Assembly: GCA_043758125.1 (NCBI GenBank)
Contig: JAYVOC010000258.1
Coordinates: forward strand, 1 to 45,317
Source of the DNA: Bacteroidota bacterium
Lineage (GTDB): Bacteria; Bacteroidota; Bacteroidia; AKYH767-A; OLB10
Length of the DNA: 45,317 bases
Reading direction: 5' to 3'
The notes below the pieces were generated by a model. That model worked only from the letters and a program-made list of their open reading frames with translations. It had not been told where the DNA came from and did no database searches. Position numbers and translations under genes: made by a program. Shown piece by piece: positions 1-9,699 of this stretch. Position 1 is the first letter of the stretch, and every line of letters starts with the position of its first letter.

Positions 1-225
1 TCTTTGAAGTATCTCACAAAGGAGCTGAACTTGCGGCAATGATTTATTACTTTTTTGGAACCTGTAAAATGAATGGCGTTAATCCTCAGAAATGGCTCAC
101 TGATGTTTTGATAAAAATCAATGACACTAGTTCCTCACAGTTTCACACTTTACTGCCGTATAACTGGAAAGATAACTCATTAGAGATTTTTTAATATCTT
201 AGAATGTACTACAGCGAATACTTAC
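1..225 (+). mobile_element. Right end of an IS66-family insertion sequence
   Basis: Transposase tail followed by ATGTACTACAGCGAATACTTAC (204-225). Its reverse complement starts GTAAGT, the typical IS66 terminal IR start. Confidence 0.8.
3..194 (+). CDS. tnpC: IS66-family transposase, C-terminal fragment (5'-truncated by window edge, possibly degenerate)
   Basis: Not in the ORF track. Frame 3 reads FEVSHKGAELAAMIYYFFGTCKMNGVNPQKWLTDVLIKINDTSSSQFHTLLPYNWKDNSLEIF*, matching the IS66 C-terminal pattern (SH.GA..AA.IY...TCK.NG.NP..WL.DVL..I......LLP.NW). Confidence 0.9.
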   Translation, partial: FEVSHKGAELAAMIYYFFGTCKMNGVNPQKWLTDVLIKINDTSSSQFHTLLPYNWKDNSLEIF

Positions 226-246
226 GTTACAAAACAAAATCAAGAT

Positions 247-277
247 AAAAAAAAGCCCCAACATTGTTGGAGCTTTT
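247..277 (-). terminator. Rho-independent terminator of the 294..1889 gene
   Basis: Minus strand AAAAGCTCCAAC-AAT-GTTGGGGCTTTT with the T run extending to 8 T (one G-U pair), 17 nt past the stop codon. Confidence 0.8.
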
Positions 278-293
278 CTTATTTTTTTATTAA

Positions 294-1889
294 TTAATCT
301 AATTTTATCCAAACTACATGAGCGGTTTTCTCTTCAGGAAAAATTGCTAAAGTTGCATATGTATTAGTTGATGCATTGTAGTCTGATGAACCTGGATTAA
401 TAAAAGTCGCTTCTTTTTTGTTTGCAGGTTTACCAAACATATAATCTTTGGTAATCTTTCCTCCTTTGTAAGTGTATTTTACACCCGTTGTTCCAGAAAT
501 ACCAGTAATTGCACCTGCATCTTTATCATCTGGTTTCTCCATATTATCTAATCTATTATTGAAGAATAAGTAGCATCCGTTTTCCGTACTAATAAAATCA
601 ATTCCATAATACCAATCATTGTCAGCAACCGGAGTAAAACCACCGTTTACTTTTCTGCCCTTACTAGCGCTGTTATAGCAAAAAGGATCGTGATCTCCTT
701 TTCTAAAAATATTTAAAGGAAATGCAGTAGACGAAACTTCTTTTCCTTCAGGTGACATTGTAACTAATGCAACGTCGCCGAACCTGCAACTTTCCACCAT
801 TGATGGCATACCGATACCTGAACTTCTAGTTACTTTTATAAGTTGCTGATAAAGGAAACTGATGTTTCCGTTTTTATCAACAAATGAACCTTCAAGCATT
901 GGGGCAAAATCTTTTTTGTTCCCCATTTGTTTTTTATAGAAATTGTTTACCGAAGTAAAATCACTAACGTATGGATTTTCGAGTGCTAAAGAAGTTGGAT
1001 TTATGTTTTGATTTACTTGTGCATTGTCAATGATCAAAATCATGTTAATCATGTCTTTTGGTTTATTGTAAACAAAAAAAGCTGATGCAGATTTATCATA
1101 GGTCGTGTATTGTAACTCCTTTTGAATAAAAGTTGTTTTTCCCTTATTCAATTGTGCAATATAATACCTCATATCTAAACCACCTGATTTTTTTGTATTA
1201 AAAGCACTTGTTCCAATTAAAACATAGTCAGCTCCGTGTACATAGCACGCAAGATATTTGGTAAACTTATATTTGTCGGTTGGTGTATTGTATTTTGCCT
1301 TGTTAATAATCTTATGGTCTGGTCCGTAATGGGAAATTTCAATACGATCTTTTGTTTCAGCTGTAGTAGTATTGTATTTAACTACTGCATAGTAATCACT
1401 TTCAGGATCTTTCTCTACTTTAAAAGTAGGTATGTCTGTATCTCCAAAGAACATTCCCATAGCAGCTCCCATTGAAATTTCGGGTAGTTTATCAATAACT
1501 TCTTCATTTTTTAGTTTGCCAGTGTTTCCATCAACAATTATCCGAAAAAATACTGGGATTTTTTTGTTTTCAGGTTCCGTTCCAATAACAAATACACAAA
1601 AATCTCCATTAATATCATACACACCTTCAATTTGTGCAAACCGTAAATGATCATTTGTTTTTACAAGATTTAATTTTCCTGATGAAATAATTTTATGTTT
1701 AGGATTATAAAGTGTGAAATTGGCGCCTTCTTTCTCGGTAATTTCAATAAGCCCAGTGTTATTGTTGCGTAGCTGAATTAATTTCGTCCAACCATCTGGC
1801 TCTTTGAAAGAATCACTTTTTTGTTGAGCCTGAGCTAAAAGTAGCCCTGTAAATAGAGCAAAAATTGAGCTCATTATTATTTTTTTCAT
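294..1889 (-). CDS. Secreted hypothetical protein (531 aa, beta-rich)
   Basis: Long ORF. Start moved to ATG 1889 because MKKIIMSSIFALFTGLLLAQA is a typical Sec/SPI signal peptide. No catalytic motif recognised. Confidence 0.8.
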   Translation of the reverse strand: MKKIIMSSIFALFTGLLLAQAQQKSDSFKEPDGWTKLIQLRNNNTGLIEITEKEGANFTLYNPKHKIISSGKLNLVKTNDHLRFAQIEGVYDINGDFCVFVIGTEPENKKIPVFFRIIVDGNTGKLKNEEVIDKLPEISMGAAMGMFFGDTDIPTFKVEKDPESDYYAVVKYNTTTAETKDRIEISHYGPDHKIINKAKYNTPTDKYKFTKYLACYVHGADYVLIGTSAFNTKKSGGLDMRYYIAQLNKGKTTFIQKELQYTTYDKSASAFFVYNKPKDMINMILIIDNAQVNQNINPTSLALENPYVSDFTSVNNFYKKQMGNKKDFAPMLEGSFVDKNGNISFLYQQLIKVTRSSGIGMPSMVESCRFGDVALVTMSPEGKEVSSTAFPLNIFRKGDHDPFCYNSASKGRKVNGGFTPVADNDWYYGIDFISTENGCYLFFNNRLDNMEKPDDKDAGAITGISGTTGVKYTYKGGKITKDYMFGKPANKKEATFINPGSSDYNASTNTYATLAIFPEEKTAHVVWIKLD

Positions 1890-1994
1890 TTGTAGTTTGT
1901 TAATTTTTTTGCTAAAAATAATCATAATTTTAATTAATTGGCTTGTCATTATTAGGGTTTTGGGGAATTTAAAGGCTTTTTGCACTTTAATAAG

Positions 1995-2002
1995 TATTTT
2001 TG
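1995..2002 (+). promoter_or_regulatory. Bacteroidota sigma-A -7 element (TATTTTTG) upstream of the M48 gene
   Basis: Exact TAnnTTTG match ending 4 nt before ATG 2007. No clean -33 TTTG at canonical spacing. Confidence 0.5.
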
Positions 2003-2006
2003 CTTT

Positions 2007-4070
2007 ATGAAACGACTGTTCTTAAGCCTAATTTTCCTTTTTCAAACATGTCATTTATTTCCGCAGCAAAATCTTAAACTAAATTATATACCGTTAAGTA
2101 GTTCCGGTATGCTTCCAAAAATTTTTTCTAAGGATGTCAGAGATATTGTGAATCTTGATATAAATAATATTGCAATAGAAGATACCAATAAGAAAATAAA
2201 ATCGACTTATTTGATGTTGACAGATTATCAAATCGTACGAACTGCGAAAAGCGGAAAGACCCTTGTCAACGATGAAATAACAACTTATATTAACGAAATA
2301 GTTGATATTTTGTTAAAGGATCAGCCCGATCTCAGAAAAAAAATAAATGTTTTTACAGTAAAGTCTCATGATATTAATGCTCATTGCTTTGATAAAGGAT
2401 ATTTGTTTGTAGATGTTGGTTTGATCGCCTCAGCCCAAAGTGAAGGACAGGTCGCCGCAGTGTTGTCGCACGAGATCATGCACTATGTTAAGCAACACGT
2501 AATAACTGGATACATTCACAACGTGAAGCTTGAGGAAAGTCAAGAAGGAAAAACGGATTCGGAAAAGGCACTTGTAAAAGAGGAATGTAAATTCTCGAAG
2601 GAACAAGAAAGCGAAGCAGATATGGAAGGTTATAAGTTGTTAGAGAAAACCAAATATGATCTTCAAGATGCAAAAGAATTTTTTCTGGTTCTGCAAAACA
2701 CTGAACTACCTTTTGAGTTAAAAGAATTTAATAAAAGTTATTTAGAAACTGAAAATTTCAAAATTCCCAATAAATATTTTTTAAAAGATGTTGCTCCAAT
2801 AAAAGATAAGTCAGAAGAAGATGATACACTTAGTAGTCATCCAAATTGTGCTAAACGTAAATTAGCAATTGAGGAATACATTAAGGATAAAAGTACTGAG
2901 GGCAGATTAAAAAATATTCTCGGAGAACAACGTTTTAAATATATTAGAGATCTTTCAAGATTTGAAACATGCCGATTGCAGCTGAAGAACCGTAATTATG
3001 GAGCAGCTTTATATTCGTCGTACATCCTATTATCAAAATATCCCGAAAATTTATTCCTATCACAAACCATTTCGAAATGTTTGTATGGAATTTCACTTTA
3101 TAAGGCAGGTTATTTAAGATATAACAGGGATTCATATCTCGATGGACCAATCCATTATCTGGAAGTAGAGAGTTATCCTCAACAGCTTTATTGTATGATT
3201 AACAAAATGCCAGATAACGAGTGGAATATTATGGCTTTGAATTATGCTTATCGTCAACATAAAAAATTCCCGAATGACAAAGTATTGAACATAGTTTCGG
3301 ATAGTCTTTTTAGCATGATGTCCTTTACAAATTGCGATCTTCAAGGTTTTGAAATTACGGATGAAAAGATCGTTAATCTAAATCCAATCAAAGACACAAC
3401 ATCATACTACAAACAAGTGTTTAAAGATTTATTCGTTAATGATAGTGAATTCACAAAAAAGTTTCCGAAAACTGTCGGTGAGGAGATCGTTATTCCTTAC
3501 ACTCCAAAAAGTTACAAAGTAAAAAGACTTACAAAATACATTAAGGAATTTGATAAGATAAGTAAAGTGATGACGCTTGCTCCGTTTTATCTTGTATTTG
3601 ATAAGGGAGTTGAAACAGATTATTTTGAGGCCGATGAACAGCAACAAAAATTGACAGAAGTTATTAAACAGTGCGCTAAGGATAAAGAATTGGGGATCGA
3701 ATTGCTTGATCCAGCTACTATTGATTCGAGCGAGGTGAACAAGTTAAATGATCTTTCTGTTGTGAACGATTGGCTAAATGAACGCATGGATGGAAGAGAC
3801 AATGAAAAGTCAAGGGTTCCGGTATTTTGTGTTGATGGGATCGATGATGTGATCAATCGCTATGGAACCCACCTCTTAAAAACTGGTTTTGTTTATTCAA
3901 AAAGAAAACCAAAAGAATATGTTTTTTATACTGTAATATATGATTTGAGGGAAAACAGAGAAGTATATGTGAAGCAGGAGCTTTTTAGTGGCGTGCCGAC
4001 TGAAAATGAAATGAAAAATAAACTTCAGGCTTTGTTTAATGAATTGAAGTACGGAATAAAACAGAAATAG
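2007..4070 (+). CDS. M48-family zinc metallopeptidase, exported (BepA/Ste24-like domain plus long C-terminal extension)
   Basis: Signal-like MKRLFLSLIFLFQ, INAHC, HEIMH (HExxH), EQESEAD third-ligand segment, SSHP. Confidence 0.85.
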   Translation: MKRLFLSLIFLFQTCHLFPQQNLKLNYIPLSSSGMLPKIFSKDVRDIVNLDINNIAIEDTNKKIKSTYLMLTDYQIVRTAKSGKTLVNDEITTYINEIVDILLKDQPDLRKKINVFTVKSHDINAHCFDKGYLFVDVGLIASAQSEGQVAAVLSHEIMHYVKQHVITGYIHNVKLEESQEGKTDSEKALVKEECKFSKEQESEADMEGYKLLEKTKYDLQDAKEFFLVLQNTELPFELKEFNKSYLETENFKIPNKYFLKDVAPIKDKSEEDDTLSSHPNCAKRKLAIEEYIKDKSTEGRLKNILGEQRFKYIRDLSRFETCRLQLKNRNYGAALYSSYILLSKYPENLFLSQTISKCLYGISLYKAGYLRYNRDSYLDGPIHYLEVESYPQQLYCMINKMPDNEWNIMALNYAYRQHKKFPNDKVLNIVSDSLFSMMSFTNCDLQGFEITDEKIVNLNPIKDTTSYYKQVFKDLFVNDSEFTKKFPKTVGEEIVIPYTPKSYKVKRLTKYIKEFDKISKVMTLAPFYLVFDKGVETDYFEADEQQQKLTEVIKQCAKDKELGIELLDPATIDSSEVNKLNDLSVVNDWLNERMDGRDNEKSRVPVFCVDGIDDVINRYGTHLLKTGFVYSKRKPKEYVFYTVIYDLRENREVYVKQELFSGVPTENEMKNKLQALFNELKYGIKQK

Positions 4071-4198
4071 TAATTTTATTTTCAACTTATTAGCAATTAA
4101 CGGATTTTAATAATCATTCTTAAAAAATTTATTTAAATTAATTTCAAGCTAGAGTAATCCAACTTATCATAATAAAAAAACGGTTCGAGAAAACAAAA

Positions 4199-4834
4199 AT
4201 GCCAAACTCCTCTTTAGCTATTTCTCACTTTTGTAGAATTAAGAACAATACAATTTCTAAAGATTCTCAACTTCTTTTAAACTCGAAAGCCTCTCTTTTT
4301 CAGCAGTTTTCGGATGAAGCGTATCGCTTTTGCAAGGTAAATTATCCAAAATTTCACAAAATGGATAATCTCTCAAAATTGGCCTTTCTCAGCTCAGAAT
4401 TTTTACTTCAAGAGTTTCCGATATCTAAAAATTATAATTCTTATAGAATTGGTGTTATTCTTTCGAATAAAAGTGCGAGTTTAGATACAGATCATAAATA
4501 CTTTAACATGGTTAAAAAGGGAGTAGCCAGTCCCGCTGTTTTCGTATATTCGCTGCCTAGTATCATGCTTGGGGAAATTTGTATTAGAAACGGAATAAAA
4601 GGCGAGAATACTTTTTTTATTTCAGATACTTATGCTATTCAAGAACAGGTAGATTATATCAACAATCTTTTCACCTCAAATGTATTCGATGTTTGCATTG
4701 GTGGTTGGGTTGAATTGATTGAAGAAACGTATGAATCTTTCTTATTTCTTGTCGAAATATCAACAAATAATTCCAATCTAGCTTTTACTTCAGAAAACAT
4801 AAAAAAAATATATCAAGATTCAATAAATGGATGA
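4199..4834 (+). CDS. Short KS-like / chain-length-factor protein (non-catalytic KS partner)
   Basis: KFHKMDNLSKLAFL and SPAVFVYSLPSIMLGEICIR are KS N-terminal-domain motifs. No Cys/His/His catalytic triad. 211 aa. Confidence 0.8.
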   Translation: MPNSSLAISHFCRIKNNTISKDSQLLLNSKASLFQQFSDEAYRFCKVNYPKFHKMDNLSKLAFLSSEFLLQEFPISKNYNSYRIGVILSNKSASLDTDHKYFNMVKKGVASPAVFVYSLPSIMLGEICIRNGIKGENTFFISDTYAIQEQVDYINNLFTSNVFDVCIGGWVELIEETYESFLFLVEISTNNSNLAFTSENIKKIYQDSING

Positions 4835-5081
4835 TTTAAAAGTGCTTCTTAAAAAACAAATTGTTGAACAATTAAATCTTAAGGAAATTAAACCCGAAGA
4901 TATTGGCGATGATCAACAATTGTTTGTTGAAGGTTTAGGCTTAGATTCAATAGATGTTCTCGAGTTAATAGTTTTACTTCAACAAGAATATGGAATTAAA
5001 TTAGCGAATGCCGAGGAAGGTCCGAAAATTTTTCAATCAATTAACACAATTGCTGCTTTTATCGAGGCGAATAGGAAATAA
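4827..5081 (+). CDS. Acyl carrier protein (ACP1)
   Basis: 84 aa, acidic, GLGLDSID phosphopantetheine site. Confidence 0.95.
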   Translation: MDDLKVLLKKQIVEQLNLKEIKPEDIGDDQQLFVEGLGLDSIDVLELIVLLQQEYGIKLANAEEGPKIFQSINTIAAFIEANRK

Positions 5082-5086
5082 AATAA

Positions 5087-6286
5087 ATGAGTAAACCCGT
5101 TTATATTACTGGCCTTGGACTTATTTCAGCGATAGGAAACAATGTTTCGGAATCTTTACGTGCATTCGAACATCACGTGTCAGGTGTTGCCTCTGTTAAA
5201 TATCTTCCAACACGATACAGTGATAAATTTCCGCTTGCTGAAGTAAAACTAAGCAATGAAGAACTCGCATTAAAAACAGGTCTCTCTCCTACTCTCAGCC
5301 GCACTATTTTGTTAAGTTTAATTGCAGCTAAAGAAGCCCTTGAACCTTTTCCAATAAAACAATTACAAGAATATAAGCTCGGTTTTATCTCTGCAAATAC
5401 GGTTGGTGGAATGGATAAATCCGAAAATTTTTTCATCGATTATTTGCAAGATAATCAAAAGGGAAATCTACACGATATTATTAATCACGATTGTGGTAAG
5501 CCAACAGATTTCGTTGCAAAAGAACTAGGCTTAAAAGGATTTATAACAACCATTAGCACCGCATGTTCTTCCTCAGCAAATGCAATTATGCTTGGTAGCA
5601 GAATGATAAAAGCTGGGAAATTAGATATTGTTATTGCGGGTGGTGTTGATTCGTTAACGCGATTTACATTGAATGGATTTAATTCATTGATGATAGTGGA
5701 TGATCAACAATGTAGACCACTAGATCAAACACGCAAAGGTTTGAACTTAGGTGAAGGTGCAGCCTATGTTGTTTTGATGAATGAAAAAATAGCTAAAGCA
5801 TTTTCAGCTACTATTTTTTGTGAGTTAACTGGTTATTGTAACACGAATGATTCACATCATCAAACTGCACTTTCTGATGATGGAAATGGTCCATATCTCG
5901 CAATGCAAGGAGCATTAAAAATGAGTAAACTTACAGCATCCGATATTGATTATATCAACATGCATGGAACAGGAACTCAAAACAATGATGCTGCTGAAGG
6001 GAAAGCTGTAGAAAGAATTTTTCATCCAAATTATCCGAAATTAAGCTCTACAAAATCATTCACAGGACATACATTGGGAGCCTCTGGAGCTGTTGAAGCA
6101 GTATTCTCAAGTTTAGCAATTAAAGAAGGATTAATTTATCCAAACTTTAACTTTACCGAGGCTATAAATAATTTACATTTTAGTCCTGAAACAAAATATC
6201 AAAAAGGTTTATCACTTCATCATATCCTCTCCAATTCATTTGGGTTTGGTGGTAATTGTACTTCACTCATTTTTTCAAAAGTTTAA
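5087..6286 (+). CDS. Beta-ketoacyl-ACP synthase (KAS II/type II PKS KS), elongation module 1
   Basis: TACSSS, HGTGT, KSFTGHTLGA, NSFGFGG. Confidence 0.95.
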   Translation: MSKPVYITGLGLISAIGNNVSESLRAFEHHVSGVASVKYLPTRYSDKFPLAEVKLSNEELALKTGLSPTLSRTILLSLIAAKEALEPFPIKQLQEYKLGFISANTVGGMDKSENFFIDYLQDNQKGNLHDIINHDCGKPTDFVAKELGLKGFITTISTACSSSANAIMLGSRMIKAGKLDIVIAGGVDSLTRFTLNGFNSLMIVDDQQCRPLDQTRKGLNLGEGAAYVVLMNEKIAKAFSATIFCELTGYCNTNDSHHQTALSDDGNGPYLAMQGALKMSKLTASDIDYINMHGTGTQNNDAAEGKAVERIFHPNYPKLSSTKSFTGHTLGASGAVEAVFSSLAIKEGLIYPNFNFTEAINNLHFSPETKYQKGLSLHHILSNSFGFGGNCTSLIFSKV

Positions 6287-6288
6287 TC

Positions 6289-7338
6289 ATGAGTATTTAC
6301 ATCAACGGGATCGGAAATATATCAGCGCAAAATACGTTTGATAATAGCATTTTAAAAAACGGTATAGAAAAATTATCAGGCAACCGCTATTGCTGCATTG
6401 AACCCGACTACACTCAATTTATTGATGGAAAACAAATCAGGAGAATGAGTCGTGTAATAAAAATGGGTGTTGCATCATCAACACTCGCAATGCGTGATGC
6501 CGGATTAGAAAGTCCACAAGCAATCATTGTTGGAACTTCTTTGGGATGTATGGAAGACACTTATTCATTTCTTTCAAAGATGGTTCAGTACAAAGAAGAA
6601 ATGTTAAGTCCAACGGCGTTTATTCACTCCACGCACAATTCGATTGCAGCACAAATTGCACTATTATTTCAATGCAAAGTGTACAACAGTACCTATGTTC
6701 ATCGCAATATTTCTTTTGAGTCAGCATTACTTGATGCCATGTTACTTTTAGAAGAAGGTAGTATTGACAATGCATTGATTGGTGGTATTGATGAAATTAC
6801 AAATACCAGCTTTGCAATCATGAATCGATTGGGTCATTTTAAAGATTCAGAAAAAGTAAATCAAGAAAATTTTTATTTTCCTGGGAAAGGTTCTGTTGCT
6901 GGAGAAGGTTCTGCATTTTTTGCTTTGGCGGCAAAACAATCAACAAATTCGTATGCCAAAATTCTATCAACACAAACATTATCATTTTGTGATCCAAATG
7001 AAATTACTGAAGCAGCGAAATCAATGTTATCCGAAAACGGAATTGACAAATTAGATTTATTACTTCAAGGAAATAATGGAGATATCGGCGATGATATTAT
7101 TTTTAATGAATTTGCAGAATCAATTCAAATGAGTAAGTGTAAATTAAATTTTAAACATCTCTGTGGCGAGTATGCAACCGCTTCTGCATTTGGAATGTCG
7201 ATAGCAGCTCAATTGTTGAGAAATGAGAATACAGCAGAAAAATTTGGATATGTGTTAACAGAAAAACCAAATTCGATTTTAATTCACAATCAATCGAATG
7301 GAATTCATCACTCGTTAACATTACTGACAGCATGTTAA
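6289..7338 (+). CDS. KS-like chain length factor (Cys-less), module 1
   Basis: KS fold motifs RRMSR, SPTAFIHSTHN, GEGS, KHLCGEY. The catalytic Cys region reads NISFESAL. Start set at ATG 6289, 2 nt after the KS stop. Confidence 0.85.
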   Translation: MSIYINGIGNISAQNTFDNSILKNGIEKLSGNRYCCIEPDYTQFIDGKQIRRMSRVIKMGVASSTLAMRDAGLESPQAIIVGTSLGCMEDTYSFLSKMVQYKEEMLSPTAFIHSTHNSIAAQIALLFQCKVYNSTYVHRNISFESALLDAMLLLEEGSIDNALIGGIDEITNTSFAIMNRLGHFKDSEKVNQENFYFPGKGSVAGEGSAFFALAAKQSTNSYAKILSTQTLSFCDPNEITEAAKSMLSENGIDKLDLLLQGNNGDIGDDIIFNEFAESIQMSKCKLNFKHLCGEYATASAFGMSIAAQLLRNENTAEKFGYVLTEKPNSILIHNQSNGIHHSLTLLTAC

Positions 7339-8102
7339 ATTTTAGAAATTCACTCTTGGTTTTTTTTGTAACTATTACGCTAATGTGTTATAAATATTAT
7401 CATATTGAATTTTCAGTATGGTATTTTTTAATTCCAATTTTACTATTTAGCATCTTACTTTTTTACGGATCCTACTTTATACAATCCAATTTTTTTGTCA
7501 AAGCGCTTTGCAATTCAACATCACAGAAAAAAGAAATAGCGTTAAGCTTTGATGATGGTCCAGTAACGAGCACTAATCTGGTGCTAGATGTTTTAAAAAA
7601 GCACAATGTTCCTTCTGCCTTTTTTTGTATTGGAAAACGTATGACAGAAAATCCAGATATCTTAAAAAGAATTCACGAGGAAGGTCATGTAATTGGCAAC
7701 CATAGTTTCACTCATCATGTATTATTTGATTTAATGTCGAAGAAGCAAATGAAGCTGGAACTTCAAGAAACAAATCATATTGCGAAAAATATAATTGGAG
7801 AAAATCTGAAAATGTTTCGCCCGCCTTATGGTGTAACTACTCCCGTTTTAGCAAAGGCAATTAAAGAAGAAGGATTCGAAACTATTGGCTGGAGTTTACG
7901 CACCTATGATACTATGATTGAAGATGGGCAAAAATTAATAAGCCAAATCACTTCTCAAATAAAAGCAGGAGATGTAATTCTCTTACACGACTCTCAAAAA
8001 GTGACCATTTCATCAATTGAAGAAATAATTAATGCAATACGGTTGAAGGGCTTTACCTTTGTTCGATTAGATCATCTTTTAAACATTAAAGCGTATGCTT
8101 AA
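7332..8102 (+). CDS. Membrane-anchored polysaccharide deacetylase (CE4/NodB family)
   Basis: SFDDGP, GNHSFTH, FRPPYG, ILLHD motifs; two N-terminal hydrophobic segments. Confidence 0.92.
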   Translation: MLNFRNSLLVFFVTITLMCYKYYHIEFSVWYFLIPILLFSILLFYGSYFIQSNFFVKALCNSTSQKKEIALSFDDGPVTSTNLVLDVLKKHNVPSAFFCIGKRMTENPDILKRIHEEGHVIGNHSFTHHVLFDLMSKKQMKLELQETNHIAKNIIGENLKMFRPPYGVTTPVLAKAIKEEGFETIGWSLRTYDTMIEDGQKLISQITSQIKAGDVILLHDSQKVTISSIEEIINAIRLKGFTFVRLDHLLNIKAYA

Positions 8103-8736
8103 GAAAATAATTTCTATAATTCTATTTATCACTTGTATCGTTTCGGCGCAAGCGCAAGTGCCCAAAGGCTTTAACTTGGTATCAAATGAAACAGAATTTC
8201 GTGAGAAACTTGTAGCGGCATCAAATTCAACGCAATCTATAAAAAGTAATTTTACTCAAGAGAAAAATCTTAATGTGCTTTCCGAAAAAATCACTTCGAA
8301 AGGAGAATTTCGATTTAAAAAACAGAATAAAATTCGAATGGAATATACTAGTCCGTTTAAATATTTGCTCATCATAAACGGCGATAAAATCACCATTAAA
8401 GATGATCAAAAAACAAATTCATTTTCATCAAAAAGCAATAAGTTATTTGCAGTAATCAATAATATAGTTTTGGATTGTGTTCAAGGAACAGCATTGGAGA
8501 ATAAAGACTTTACCAAGAAAATTTACAAAACGGATAAAGAATATTTATTGATCTTATCCCCACAGAAAAAAGAATTAAAAGAATTCTTCAATAGCATTAA
8601 CATTTACTTGGATGCGAAAGATTGCGCTGTCATTAAACTTGACATGGTTGAGTCGACTGGAGACAATACGCTAATCACATTTACAAATAAAGAATATAAC
8701 GTTGCAATTCCTGATGCGGTATTTAACAATAATTAG
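8095..8736 (+). CDS. LolA-like periplasmic carrier protein
   Basis: Signal peptide (..AQA), then SNFTQEK, SKGEF, KIRMEYTSPFKY, the LolA-fold pattern usual in APE/flexirubin clusters. Confidence 0.85.
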   Translation: MLKKIISIILFITCIVSAQAQVPKGFNLVSNETEFREKLVAASNSTQSIKSNFTQEKNLNVLSEKITSKGEFRFKKQNKIRMEYTSPFKYLLIINGDKITIKDDQKTNSFSSKSNKLFAVINNIVLDCVQGTALENKDFTKKIYKTDKEYLLILSPQKKELKEFFNSINIYLDAKDCAVIKLDMVESTGDNTLITFTNKEYNVAIPDAVFNNN

Positions 8737-9331
8737 TTTCATTATCTTGTCGATAGGATGCAGTAAATCACCTTATACCAGTCTGCAAAAATCAGATGCA
8801 GATAAATTATGTATTGCGAAATTTAAACCTCAATTCACCTCTATATTATACAATGCCAAAATCGATGTAGTTGGAAAACACTTAAGTGGATTATTACTCT
8901 TTAAAACGATGCCAGATAGCTCCATTCGAGTAGTATTCTCTAACGAAATGGGAGTCAAATTCTTCGATTTTGAATATAAAAATTCAGGATTCCAACCATT
9001 ATATTGTATTAGACAATTAAATAATAAAATAGTAATACGACAATTAAAAGAAGACATCGGTTATTTATTTATGTATGATATTGATGTATCATCAGCATCC
9101 GTAAAACAAGATAATAATCAACAATACTTTGAGTTTGATGGCAAAAAAACAAAGACTTATTATATCACAGATTCAAAGTGTTTGAAATTGCTTCGTGTTG
9201 AAAATGCTACAAAAATAAAAAAGAAAATTATTATTGATTTAAGTGATTACAAATCAGGAATGCCTGACTCAGTCAACATAGCCCATCAATTATTTCAATT
9301 TAATATTAGTTTAAAGCAAATAGACAGATAA
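8714..9331 (+). CDS. Hypothetical lipoprotein
   Basis: MRYLTIISFIILSIG-C lipobox from ATG 8714. Stop overlaps the next ATG (TAATG). Confidence 0.75.
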   Translation: MRYLTIISFIILSIGCSKSPYTSLQKSDADKLCIAKFKPQFTSILYNAKIDVVGKHLSGLLLFKTMPDSSIRVVFSNEMGVKFFDFEYKNSGFQPLYCIRQLNNKIVIRQLKEDIGYLFMYDIDVSSASVKQDNNQQYFEFDGKKTKTYYITDSKCLKLLRVENATKIKKKIIIDLSDYKSGMPDSVNIAHQLFQFNISLKQIDR

Positions 9332-9699
9332 TGTTAAAAGGAGATTTCTATAACGTCATTTCATCAAACATAAAAGATAATACATCTTTCAATAGCGTTT
9401 TAGATATTGATAAAACCCATGCTATTTTTAATGGTCATTTTCCTGATCTTCCAATAGTGCCAGGTGTTTGTATGATGCAAATAATCAAAGAACAACTAGA
9501 GGATCATCTTCAAAAGATTATAAAACTTCAATCTGCTTCAAACATAAAATTTCTATCATTAATAAATCCAGCAGAAAATACAGAGATAGAAGTCGATGTA
9601 AAATTTACAACAACAGAAGAAGGAACATATCTTACTGATGGCATTATTTCCGTTAAGGGAACACCCTATTTTAAATTAGTAAAAGCGATTTACAAATAA
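9331..9699 (+). CDS. 3-hydroxyacyl-ACP dehydratase, FabZ/ApeI-like
   Basis: HAIFNGHFPDLPIVPGV hotdog dehydratase motif, NIKFL. Confidence 0.9.
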   Translation: MLKGDFYNVISSNIKDNTSFNSVLDIDKTHAIFNGHFPDLPIVPGVCMMQIIKEQLEDHLQKIIKLQSASNIKFLSLINPAENTEIEVDVKFTTTEEGTYLTDGIISVKGTPYFKLVKAIYK

